Under the pieces are notes generated by a model. It had not been told where the DNA came from and searched no databases. It was given only the letters and a program-made list of their open reading frames with translations. Positions 48,331 to 60,260 of a stretch of DNA of 64,000 bases are shown here, piece after piece. Numbering within the stretch: the stretch's first letter is position 1; each line of letters begins with the position of its first letter. The DNA comes from Camelus dromedarius (Eukaryota), in the NCBI RefSeq assembly GCF_036321535.1, contig NC_087469.1, forward strand, positions 4,154,001-4,218,000, written 5' to 3'. The position numbers and the translations under genes are program-made.

Positions 48331-48584
48331 AGACAGAGACAGAAGACTGGTTCTATTCCTTTTTCTTTTTCATTTTTCAGTTTTATTAGGTGGAATTGTT
48401 ACAATTGGACAGCACATACACAATATATTGCATGTAAATACATATATACAATATACTGCGCATATTTTAAGAATTTACATATATGTACTGTTCATTGTTT
48501 CTAAGAACGTTTAAAGCTTTAGCTTTTTCAACTTACGTAATTATCAACGGAATAAAGCCAACTACAAAATAAGAATTAATTTAA

Positions 48585-49105
48585 AAAGATACATACACCC
48601 CACTATTAACAGCAACATTTTTTATAATTGCCAAGATATGGAAGCATCCCAAGTGCACATCAGTAGATGAATGGATAAAGGAGAGGCAGCATATGTAATG
48701 GAATACAACTCACCCATAAAAAAGAAGGATATTTTGCCATTTGTGGCCCTTCATTCACTTTTTTTTACTTCAAAAACCAGAATTTTATAATTGGCATAAA
48801 CATTTCCATTGCATCAAAAACAACAACATACCTGGAAATAAACTTAACCAAGGAGGTTACCTATACTCTGAAAACTGTAAAACACTGATGAAGGAAATTG
48901 AAGATGATACAAAGAAATGGAAAGATATCTTGTGCTCTTGGATGGGAAGAATCAACATTATCAAAATGGCTGTACTACCCAAAGCAGTCTGCAGATTCAA
49001 TGCAACCCCTGTCAAAGTAGTCACGACATTTTCCACAGAATTAGAACAAACAATTCTAAAATTTATATGGAACCATAAAAGACTGAACTGCCAAAGCAAT
49101 CTTTT
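48585..49105 (+). mobile_element. Two plus-strand L1 ORF2 fragments
   Basis: ORF 48741-49109 encodes [41 protein letters not shown] (L1 ORF2); preceded by an ORF2-end piece. Confidence 0.85.
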
Positions 49106-49106
49106 G

Positions 49107-51126
49107 TAAGTCTTTTTTTTTTTTCCCTCTCTCTCTTTCTTCTTTTTGTTCTCTTTTCTTATGGTGTGATGACTAGAGAAGTTCCTTTCACATTTGTTGT
49201 AAAGCTGGTTTAGTGGTGCTGAAATCTTTTTGCTTTTGTTTATCTGTGAAGCTTTTGATTTCTCCATCAAATCTAAACGAGAGCCTTGCTAGATTATTCT
49301 TGGTTTTAAGTTTTTCCCTTTCATCACTTTAAATATATCATGCTAGTCCCTTCTGGCCTGTAGAGTTCCTGCTGAAAAACGAGCTGATAACCTTATGGGA
49401 GTTCCCTTGTATGTTATTTGTTGCTTTTCTCTTGCTAATTTTAATATTTTTTCCTTACCCTTAATTTTTGTCAATTTGATTACTGCATGCCTTTGGGTTG
49501 ATCCTGTGTGGAACTCTCTGTGCTTCCTGGACTTGGGTGACTGTTTCCTTTCCCAAGTTGGGGAAGTTTTCGGTTATTATCTCTCCAAAAATTTTCTCAA
49601 GTCTTTTCTCTCTCTTTTCTCTTTCTTGGACCCCTACACTGTGAATGTTAGTGTGCTTCGTGTTGTCCCAGAATTCTCTTAAACTATCCTCATTTCTTTT
49701 CATTCTTTTTTCTTTTCTTTTTTGTTTCGTTTTGTTCTGCAGTAGTGATCTCCGCTAATCTGTCTTCTAGCTCACCCATCTATTCTTCTACCTCGTTTAG
49801 TCTATTCCTGGTTCCATCTAGTGTGTTATTCACTTCAGTGATTTTATTCTTCCACTCTGGGTATTCTTTATATTTTCCAACTCTTTGCTAAAAACTTCGC
49901 TTTGTGCTTCTATACTCCTCAAGGTCTCTGAACATCTTCACCATTATTACTTGAAACTCTTTCTCAGGTAGATTGCCTATCTCCTCACCACTTATTTCTT
50001 CTTCTGGGATTTTATCTTGTGCCTTGGCCTGGGAGATACTCTTCTGCCGCCTCATATTGTCTATCCTTCTATTTGTATTTTTAGGTAGGTTGGTTATGTT
50101 TCTCGATCTTAGAGAGGTGGCACTCTGTGGGAGACATTCTATGTGTCCCAGCAGTACACTCCTCTCTTGTCACCTAAGGGCCAGGTTGCAGCTGGTCCCT
50201 GTGTAGAGTCTTGCCTGTGTTTGTGGATTCCTTCCACAGGCTTTGGGATTGTTGTTTTCTTGTTTCTGGTATCTGCTCCCTTGTGGATGAGGCTGGACTA
50301 GAGGCTTATGCAGGTTTCCTGGCAGGAAGAGTCAGTGCCTGCCCACTGCTGGGTGAAGGTTGGCCCTGGACCTCTGGTGGGTAGGGCCATGTCTAGAGGC
50401 ATTTGTGGCTCAGGAAGTCTGCTAATGGGCAGGGCTGTGTTCCCACCCAGTATGTTGTTTGGCTTGAGGCTTCCCTACAGGCTATTGGGAGGGGCAAGGT
50501 CTTGGTGCTAATGATCCTATCAAGATGTCAGCTTCCAAGAAAGCTCATGTAGATGAACACTCCTGGAATATCTGCCACCAGCTTTTATGTCCCTTGGGTG
50601 AGTCGCAGCCATCCCCTATGTCCTCAGGAGACCTTCCAAAACTAGCAGGCAGTCTGGCCATGGTTCCTATGAAATCACTGCCTCTGCCCTTGGACCTGAT
50701 GCACGCAAGGTTCTGTGTATGCTTCCCAAGAGAATGAAGTCTGTGTTTCCCCCAGTCCCGTGGGGCTCCTGGAGCTAAGCCCCGCTGACCTTTAAAACCA
50801 GATGTCCTGGGGTCTCCTCCTTCTCCCAGTGCCAGAACGTGGGGCTCAGAGCTCTCATTCCTGTGGGAGGGCCTCTGGGACTTAATTGTTCTTCAGCTTG
50901 AGGGTCGCCCACCTGGGGGATATGGGACCCAATTATATCATGAGCGTGTCCTTCCTATGGTCCTGCTGTGGTTCCCTCTTTATGTTTCCAGTTGAAGAAG
51001 ACCTTTTTTGCTAGGTTCCAGTCTTTATTTTTCAATGTTTATTTAGCAGTCAGTTGTGGTTTTGTTGTAGTTGTGAGGAGAGGCGAACATGTGGATGTAC
51101 AACTCTGCCATCTTGACCGGAAATCC
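49107..51126 (-). mobile_element. L1 5'UTR plus ORF1 (degraded) with retained 5' terminus
   Basis: Reverse complement starts ggatttccggtcaagatggc (L1 start with YY1-type core); ORF1 pieces such as EKIFGEIITENFPNLGKETVTQVQEAQRVPHRINPK. Confidence 0.85.
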
Positions 51127-51731
51127 TGATTCTGTTCCTAAATGCCAGATCAGAAAATTCCAGGGATTGCCTGGATTTGACCAATCAATTCAGCTAGACC
51201 AGTCACCTGTGGCCAGTGGCGGGGGTTATAGGATACCCGCTGTTCCTGGGGCCCTCCACTGTGTGTGCAGAGGGACATGTTTCTGTAAAAGGGAATCGCT
51301 GTGAGCTGGGCAGCTACCCCAAGAGCTGTGAGCTACAGCACCCCCAGGGGCCGGATGTGAACCCGACTGTCCTCCTACTGTGCTTCTCCAGCTCTAGTTG
51401 GAAACAGATCAAGAACTGGCGGCGTGTTTAAGGTATAGTTCTTAATAACCCAGATATTTTCTTATTTCAGAAACTTGTATCTTGTCTTTACTGAGTAACA
51501 GACTTTTAAAAAGACAGCATTAGAAGGAAACAAAATGCAGTGTTTTTGGTTTTTGTTTTCCCCAGTTGCTGAAAGAAGCCCCAAGGAGTTACTTCAGAAG
51601 ATTGGGGGTCTGGGTGGAGGTGGATGGAGGTAGAGAAAAAGTGAGTGAACTGACCTACAGATAACCCCTCAGCCCTAACAGAGAACTTCTGCTTTTCCCT
51701 ATTTTATATATCTAGATTTCACAGAAGTTGT

Positions 51732-51861
51732 NNNNNNNNNNNNNNNNNNNNNNNNNNNNNNNNNNNNNNNNNNNNNNNNNNNNNNNNNNNNNNNNNNNNN
51801 NNNNNNNNNNNNNNNNNNNNNNNNNNNNNNNNNNNNNNNNNNNNNNNNNNNNNNNNNNNNN
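51732..51861. other. N run (130 nt)
   Basis: Undetermined bases. Confidence 0.95.
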
Positions 51862-52847
51862 CCCCCCAGAGAGTACCAGCCTCTTGCAGAAAGCACTGTG
51901 TTTATTTCATCTGCTGCAGGAGCAGCGCTAGAAAATTGTGAAACCAAGTAGCAGAGCTGCTCAGGGCCTGGGCTCGCACCACAGGCCTCTTTTAAGATAA
52001 ACATCAGTGGGGGAAGGGGAGCGGGTAGGGTGGCTGGTCCTCATAAGTGCCTACTTGGTCTTTCAAGTTACTTCTTTCCAGAGCCAGCAGTAGGCATTTA
52101 TAGCAAGAACAAGGTATTTCCCACCCCTTGGGTGAGAAGTACAGGCATTTTTAGGTCAAAGAGGAGACAAACGGAGGCTTAGTTTAGTGGTTGGCTCCCA
52201 ACTTAGATTTAAAGGGTGGAGACCTGAAGTCAATGTGACCCTTAACCTGTGGACAAGAATAGCCCCACTCAGTTGTGCATCTCTGATCTTTTGTTAGATG
52301 CCACTTAATAGACCATGCAGATGTAGTAATGTAATGACATGACAAAGGCCTTTCTTCAATTAAAATATTTTTGTCAATGACTTCATTGAAGGCATGCTTA
52401 TCAGTTTTGAAAATCACATGAATCTGGGCAGAGTACTAACTATCCTGAGCATTTTAACATCAACCACTCTCCTGGAATGACTTCAGGGTCCATGATGAAG
52501 ACAGCCCCCCGATTCCATGATGGTCCCCACTGCAATGATTGTCCCCTCTGTGCTTCAGTAAGGCCACATACTGAGGCTACATCCTGGAACTTATTCCACA
52601 GAATTGCCCTTCCCCTGGGATCTTGAACTCTGAGACTGTGCGCTCAATGCCCCACTTTCCACACTCCACCATTCCCATTAAATTTATTTTCAATCACATC
52701 AAGTTCTCTTCTCCATCATCTCAGTTCATCAACTTTCCTTTATCAGCTTTCTTTGATTTCTTCTCTCTGGTGCCATGATCAACATGATGGTGCCAGTGAT
52801 CCCATGATCAGTCCCTTCAAATACACTCTCACTGTTGTGGCAAAGTG

Positions 52848-53323
52848 TGTTACAGCTCAGTGTTACAGCTCAGTTGTGACAGCAACCTGGATCCAGGCAA
52901 GAGACCAAGCAGCACTTGAAGGGTTGGAGAACTCAGGTTTATTACGCCAGCAGGTCCAGAGGAGTTAACACTCCAAGCTCTGGACCCCGTCTGTAGGTTT
53001 ACACAGGCTTTTTATAGGCTACCAGTCTAGACTTTGCAACATTTTGTAACATCATATGCAAATAAGGTATAACAAAGGTGACTAATTAGGAACAAGCTTT
53101 GTAGAAATGGACCAATCAGGAGTGAGGGAAATGGACCAATCAGGCATTAGCTCAGGGAACCAACAGAATCTTAGGGATAAGTTCTGCTTTCCTAGAAGTA
53201 AGCTGTTTCAGAGTTTAAAAAGTGAGATAATGCCACAGGTCCAGGGAACTGAATGGTGCTGGCAGGAGAGTAGTGGCCCTGCCTGGGGGTCCTGCCGTAT
53301 TTTTCATGGGGCTTCCCAACTCA
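52848..53323 (-). mobile_element. Solo LTR (ERV-like) in DIXDC1 intron 1
   Basis: TG...CA termini; minus-strand AATAAA (tttatt) and TATA-like ttttata; duplicated aaatggaccaatcagg. Confidence 0.65.
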
Positions 53324-54759
53324 TCACCACCACCCTAACTTCCTTGGCCCTGCTAATCACTGCCTCTCCTCTGACCATTTCCAGTCCTCCATTAAACTAT
53401 TTCTGTTTCCTTCCACTCATGGTCTGGGCCTGCTGGTCACTTCTAGAGGAAATCATATAACCTTGCTGATTGATTCAATTACAAAATTATGATTTCCAGT
53501 CCTAGCTGAGTCTTGGTGCTACCAGGAAATCTTTAGCAGTCACTGTTCTTTCCAGCTTCCCACAGGGTCCTTTTTCCTGAAACCTCCTTCACCCTCCCTG
53601 TCCCTTTCACGCTCAACAGATGAACCAGGTGTAACGAATAGAAGGGTGATTGTACTTGAGCTCCTTCAACTGCCCTCTTCCCCACCTCCGCGTTTCCCCA
53701 CAGAGGTACCTGTTCCTTCCTCGTCCTGATCAGAGGAGGAGGTGGCCCTCTTCCCCTCCTCTGAAACCTTGCTGCATCATTCACACCCCTCCCCTTGTGT
53801 CTGTTTCTCCTTCACCAACCCCTCAACTCAGCCTGCAAATGACCTCTCATCCTAAAGAGCCCTGATTCCTTCCCACCTTCCTCTCCAGCTAAGACCCTTT
53901 CTCTTCCCCTCAGTGCTTCTGTCTTCCTACTTCCTGGGGTCTTCTCAGTTCACTGCCATCTGACTTTTCACCCCACTGTGCTACAGTGTCAGCTCTCAAA
54001 AAGATCACCAAAGCCTGTTAAATGTTAGATGAAATGGGCTTTCCAGTCTTCAGCCTGACTTTTCTACAGCATTTGACCTTCTTGACCACCCGTCTTAACA
54101 TTCTCTGGTTCCTGGATTCCCACATAACACTTTCTACTGATTCTTCTCTGTCCCTCTGATTGCATGTTCTGAAATCACTTTTTGTTGTTGTTGCTCACCT
54201 CACTTCACCTGTCGCTTTAATGTTGATGTATCCCAGCCTCTGCCCTGAGTATTCCTTCCTTTTCTCTCATTGTATGCTTTCTTTGGTGTAGTAGAAATGA
54301 TGCATTCTTCATTGTAAGATGGAGTTGGTTCAGATCCCATTTTCATCACTTACCAGTGCTGTGATCTTGAGCAAGGTTTCTTGTATGAAAAATGAGGCTA
54401 ATAATATCAATTTTAATGAGTGGGTATGAGGATTAAAGGAGGTGACGCATATAAAGTGCTCCATTCAGTGGCTGCCAAGGACTGGCACTCTGCATTTTCA
54501 TTCTCTTCTTTCCCTTCAGTGCCCTCTCTCCCCACTCCCTGTCCTGCCAAATAACTTCTTATAGTTCACTTGCCTTTTGGGGATGTTGTGGAACCCAGAT
54601 TTTGAAGTCAGCACTGTTCTGAGATCCTTGTTCTGCCACTTACCAGCCCTGTGACCCTGGGCATGTTGTTGCTCTGAACCTTGGTTTCCACATCTGTAAT
54701 ATGGGAATAGTAGTTCCCCATCTCTAATCAATGTCATGGGAGGAAATAATATATTTACA

Positions 54760-54990
54760 TATTTGAGCCTTGAACAACAGGAGGGTTGGGGGTGCCAACC
54801 CTCTGCATAGTGAAAAAACTGTGTCTAACTTACGGTCGGCCCCCTGTGCCACGTGCCTCCAGCTGTGGTTCTGCATCAGTGGATGCAAGCAGCTGCGGAT
54901 TGTGTGGTGCTGTAGCACTTGCTACTGAAAAACATCTGGTGTAAGTGGACCCTCGCAGTTCAAACGCACGTTGTTCCCAAGGATCAACTG
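54760..54990. mobile_element. Tigger-family MITE (MER8-like, ~231 bp)
   Basis: Degenerate terminal inverted repeats tatttgagccttgaacaac ... gttgttcccaaggatcaactg, resembling CAGTTGACCCTTGAACAAC. Confidence 0.7.
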
Positions 54991-56289
54991 TGTACACACA
55001 TACACACACTATATATATATGAAAAGATGTGGTGAAGTGCCTCGCATGGTACCTGGCATGCAGTAGATGCTCAGTAAGTGGTGTTACTGTCTCATTTGCA
55101 CCTGTGGCTGTGCCCATCACTCACAGATACTCTCAAGCATCCACCCCCGACCCCATACCCATCTCCTGTGCTCTAGATCTGATTCTTGCCGCTGGCTGCA
55201 GAACATCTCTACCCCGATGTTTTGCAGTTGCTCAGGCTCTTGTTCAAAACTGAACTATTTGCTTTGCCTAGGACTTGCTCTTCACGTGTTCTCCATCTCA
55301 GTGAAAGCATCACCATCCGTTCAGGTGTGACTTTCTGGATTCTTTTTGTCACTGCCTCCCTCCCGTCAGTCACCTCTCCAGTTTGTCCTTTTCTAACTGT
55401 ACTGCTTCAGTTTAGGCTCTCATCTTCTCTCACTTGAATTATTGCCTGGTCTTCTTTACAGCTCGATGCTCTCCTTTCTGTCCCATGTTCCACACTGTGT
55501 CCTGAGTGACCTTTCTAAAATACAGATCTCCCAGTCTCACTCTCCTGTTTCAAAACTCTGCACTTTCCTGTTGAAGGACTTGAAGCCTTAAGTCTAAGTG
55601 TGGTAGGCCTTTTGATGACCTATTTCTCCATCATCACCTGCCACTGACGGCTCTGCCAACACACTAATTTGCTAATTGGCTATTCCTCCAAGATACCATA
55701 TGCCTTCAGGCTCTTCCTCTTTTTCTTTTTTTAATCATCTCTCCCTCAGATGCCCTTTCCTCTTCTCCAGCTGACAAACATCCTCTTCCCTCTTGACCCT
55801 CTCTGAGATCCACCTCTTTCCATCCTGTTGCTCTTCTGTGCACAGATATTGTTTCTTTTTAACTCTTCTCCACTGTCGCAGTAATCACTTTCTGGCATAG
55901 TTATGTATGTGCCTATAATCACTGGGCCTGGCACAATGCCTGGCAGTGCTGGTTGATTTGAGTACATGAAATGACAGGGTCCGGAAGGATCTGGTGAGAT
56001 GGGATCTACCAAGTTGAAATGTGTTAAAGGTAAATACGGATCAAGAAGACCAGTTATACAAGAATGAAAATGGGAGAGATTGGCTCAACAGCAGAATGTG
56101 TTAAGAATTTTTAAGAGTTTGGTTGACAGTTCAGTGTGAGTCAACGGTTTGAGGTAGTAACAAAAAAAGAAGGGGAGAAGAAGGGGAGGAGGAAGAGAAG
56201 GAGGAAAGAGTGTGAAACATCTTGGATGAGAAAGCTGAGTGCCTGATTTTATACCTAGAATACTGTGTTTGTTTCCAGGTACTGTGATT

Positions 56290-59200
56290 TTAGAGGGATT
56301 TCGGCCAAAAAAGCAATGATGCTTCTAACCATTTTGTTTTGAAGAGTTTTGGAAAAAATTATGGAAATAGACAAGCTACTAGCTAACATGATGAAGAAGA
56401 AAAAAAGGAGAAAGCACCAATATACAAAATAAGAAATGACAGTGGGGAAGTAACTATTGAAACACGAAAAACTATGAGTCTTTGCAGGTTTGTGCAAAGA
56501 CACTTAAAAATTTTGATGAAATGGATAATTTCCTAGGGAAATGCTGATTACTAAAATTGATAGATACAGAATATGTAAAACAGAGAAGTTTCTGTAGAAG
56601 AAATGGAGAACCTCAAGAAGGAACTATTGCTCAGAAAAAGTCCCAGGCCCAGATTATTTCACAGAGGAATTCTACCAAACCTCCGCTTATCAGATATTCC
56701 CAGTGCTCTGTAGATTATGTCAGGGGACTGAGAATGAGGAGAAATTTTCTGCTTTTTTTTAAAAAAATTAAGCAAGTATAATATATCTAAACATGATAGT
56801 GCAAAAAAGAAAACTACAGACTAATATTATTTATAAATGCCCCTGAAAAGGACAACAAATATAGTACTAATACAGCACTGAGAAATGGTTTATTAGTGAA
56901 CAGAATTCAGCATCACATTAAAAATATAATTCATTATGATCGAGTAGACTTAACTCCAAGAATGCAAGGTAGATTCATAATTAGGAGATCCACATATACC
57001 ATATTAATAGGTCTCAGGAAGAATAATCATAGAGTTATCCTCATAAATGCTGAGAAAACTTTCATCAACATTTAACATCTGTTCCTTATAAAACCACTAA
57101 AGAAAATAAGACTTGATGGAGTCTTTCTTAATGTGATAAAATATATATACTTTCTTCCTGAAAGCAGTCACTTTCTAAATTGGGAAATACTACAGGTATT
57201 TTCTCTAAGTCCAGAACAAGGAAAGGATGTCCACTGTCTCCACTACTGTCCAACTTTGCACCAGAGGTGTTTAGAAACTGATTAGAGGCACAGGGCTTAG
57301 TAAAGAAGTAAAACGATTTCTTTTTGTAGATGATATGATAGTAATCCTGGAAATAATTGAGAATCATTAATAAAACTCAAACAATAAAAGATAAGGTAAC
57401 AAGATATAAAATTAACCTACTGAAACGAACAGCTTTCACAAAACAGAGAGTAATCAATTAGAGAAAGTAATGGTAGAGAAAACCTCATTTACAATCACAG
57501 TAAGGAAGTATTGAATACCTAGAAATGAACTTAACATGAAATGTATAAAAGCTACAGGAGGAAAACTTTAAAACATCCCTGAAACACACATTTCATCAGC
57601 AATGGAAAACCAGCCCCCATTGTTTTTTTTTTTTCTTTAGAGGTTTTAATAGAATTTAATAAATTGACCGAAAATTCTCAACAGTTGCCAAAAAACACAA
57701 TTTGCTTGCAAAGAGACAGTAAATGGAGTTGATAAGATAAGACAGTTCACAGGCATGATCAACATCTGTGAGGAATAAATTCTTGAAAATGTAAAAGTGG
57801 AAGGAGAAAGAAGAGATTTAAAAAAATTTTTTTTAAATAATTAAATTGAAGTATAGTCAATTTACAATGTTGTGTTAGTTTCTGGTGTACAGCAGAGTGA
57901 TTTACTTATACATATATACACATTTGTTTTCATATTCTTTCTCATTAGAGGTTACCACAAGATTGAATATAGTTCCCTGTGCTATACAGTAGTTCCTAGT
58001 TGTTTATCTATTTTATATATAGTAGTTAGTATCTGCAAATCCCAAACTCCTAATTTATCCCTCCCCACCCCCTCCCCACCTCCTATAACTATAAGTTTGT
58101 TTTCTATGTCTATGAGTCTATCTCTATTTTGTAAATAAGTTCATTTATGCCCCCCCTTTTTTCGATTCCACATATAAGTGATATCATATGATATTTTTCT
58201 TTCTCTTTCTGGCTTACTTAGTATAATGACNNNNNNNNNNNNNNNNNNNNNNNNNNNNNNNNNNNNNNNNNNNNNNNNNNNNNNNNNNNNNNNNNNNNNN
58301 NNNNNNNNNNNNNNNNNNNNNNNNNNNNNNNNNNNNNNNNNNNNNNNNNNNNNNNNNNNNATCTGTGGATGGACATTTAGTTTGCTTCCATGTCTTGGCT
58401 ATTGTCAGCAATGCTGCTGTGAACATTGGGGTGCATGTATCTCTTCTTGTGGTTTGATGACTAGAGATGTTCCTTTAACATTTGTTGCAAAGCTGGTTTC
58501 ATGGTGCTAAATTCTTTTGGCTTTTGTTTATCTGTGGAGCTTTTGGTTTCTCCATCAAATCTGAATGAGAGCCTTGCTGGATAGAGTATTCTTGGTTGTA
58601 AATTTTCCCCTTTCATCACTTGAAATATATCATGCCACTCCCTTCTGGCCTGTAGAGTTTCTGCTGAAAAATCAGTTGATAACCTTATGGGAATTTCCTT
58701 GTGTGTTATTTGTTGCTTTTCTCTTGCTGATTTTAATACTTTCTCCTTATCCTTAATTTTTGTCATTTTGATTACTATGTGCCTTGGTGTGTTCCTCTTT
58801 AGATTGATCCTGTGTTGAACTCTCTGCACTTCCTGGACTTGGCCAACCCACATTCTTGAATAGGATGTTTCAACATCATAAAGATGACAGTTCTCCCCAA
58901 GCCATGTCAATTTTTAAATTTAATATAATCACAATAAAAATTCTAACAGGCTTTTTTTGTGGAAGTTAGGTAAATAAATATTGAAGCTCATATGAGAGAT
59001 AAATATTCAAGAATAGTCAAGAAAACATTAAAAAAAAGAAAAACTTCAGGGGAGAGGGACTAGCCACACCAGATATTAAAATATACCATAAGGCCTCTGC
59101 AAATAAAAAATTTTGGTGCTGGTGCATGAATAAACAAATACACAAGTGATGTAGAATACAAAATCCAGAAATAGACCCAAGAACTATGGAAATTTAGTCT

Positions 59201-60260
59201 ATGATAAAAAGGTGGCATCTCAAATCCCTGGAGTAAAGAGTGACTTTTTAGTAAGTGTGCTGGAACAACTGGGTAGACATTTGAAGACAGATAAATTGGA
59301 TCTATATCTCCCATCACATACAAGAATAAATTCCACGTGGATCAGGGATCTAAAGGGAAACAAATTTAAAGCCATATGAGAACTAGAAAAAAGCAGAGGT
59401 GAATCCTTTCACCTCAGTTTAGGGAAAGGCTTTCTAACCATGACTCAAAATTCAGAGGCAGTAAAATAAAATATCAATAAATTTCATTATATAAAAATAA
59501 AAACCTTTTCATGGGCAAAAAAACATAAACCAAGACAAAAAATTACTGACAAACTGGGAAATCTCTGCAACACATATGAAAGACAAAAGGGTAACATTCT
59601 TAATACATAAAGAATTCTTAAAAATGGAGGCACTAAAGGACCAAAAAAATAGGTCCTTTGATTAAAAAATAGGGAAAAGATATGACTAGACAATTCATGA
59701 AAAAGATATAAAAGACAAAGATATAAAATGAATTCTTAAACCTACAAAGAGAGGTTCAAACTCATAATTAAAGAGATGAGGATTAAAACAGCCTAGGATA
59801 CAATTTCTCACCTATCACATTGGCAAAAATTTAAAAGCATGACAACATGTTCTGTTGGCAAGGCTGTGGGAAAATGCACTCGCGTGCGTTGCTGATGGGA
59901 ATGCAAACAGATGCAATCCTTTTGGCAGGGAATTTGGCAATGTCTAATAAAGTTACCCACTTACGTGCCTTTTTACCTAGCAATCTTTGAATCTACCTTG
60001 AAGATAGACCTCCACCAACATGAAAATACTCATGCGTAAGATTACTCATTGTTGCATTGTTTGTAATTGCAAAATATTGGGAAAAAACCCTAAATGCCCA
60101 TATATAGAAGAATGGTTGAATAAACTATAGTACGTCCACATAATGGAGTACTATGTAGATGTAAGATAAGGAAGATTTCTTGACCAATATAGCATGATTT
60201 ACAGATTGTATTAAGTGATCATTAGATGAAGTGAAAAGTGCAGGTCCAAAGAGAATAATC
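56290..60260 (+). mobile_element. Ancient L1M ORF2 and 3' relic, interrupted by a younger L1 at ~57825-58845
   Basis: Degraded ORF2-like A-rich sequence is colinear on both sides of the insertion; boundaries approximate. Confidence 0.7.
57825..58845 (-). mobile_element. Younger L1 copy: ORF1 C-terminal half joined directly to the ORF2 end and 3'UTR (contains a 130-nt N run at 58231-58360)
   Basis: ORF 58461-58910 gives QEVQRVQHRINLKRNTPRHIVIKMTKIKDKEKVLKSAREKQQIT...ARLSFRFDGE (ORF1); ORF 58214-58426 gives MFTAALLTIAKTWKQTKCPSTD (ORF2 end). Confidence 0.85.

Noticed and set aside
48741-59323. ORFs of 70-150 aa in DIXDC1 intron 1 as host genes
   Set aside because: They translate to broken L1 ORF1/ORF2 pieces or antisense repeat sequence.
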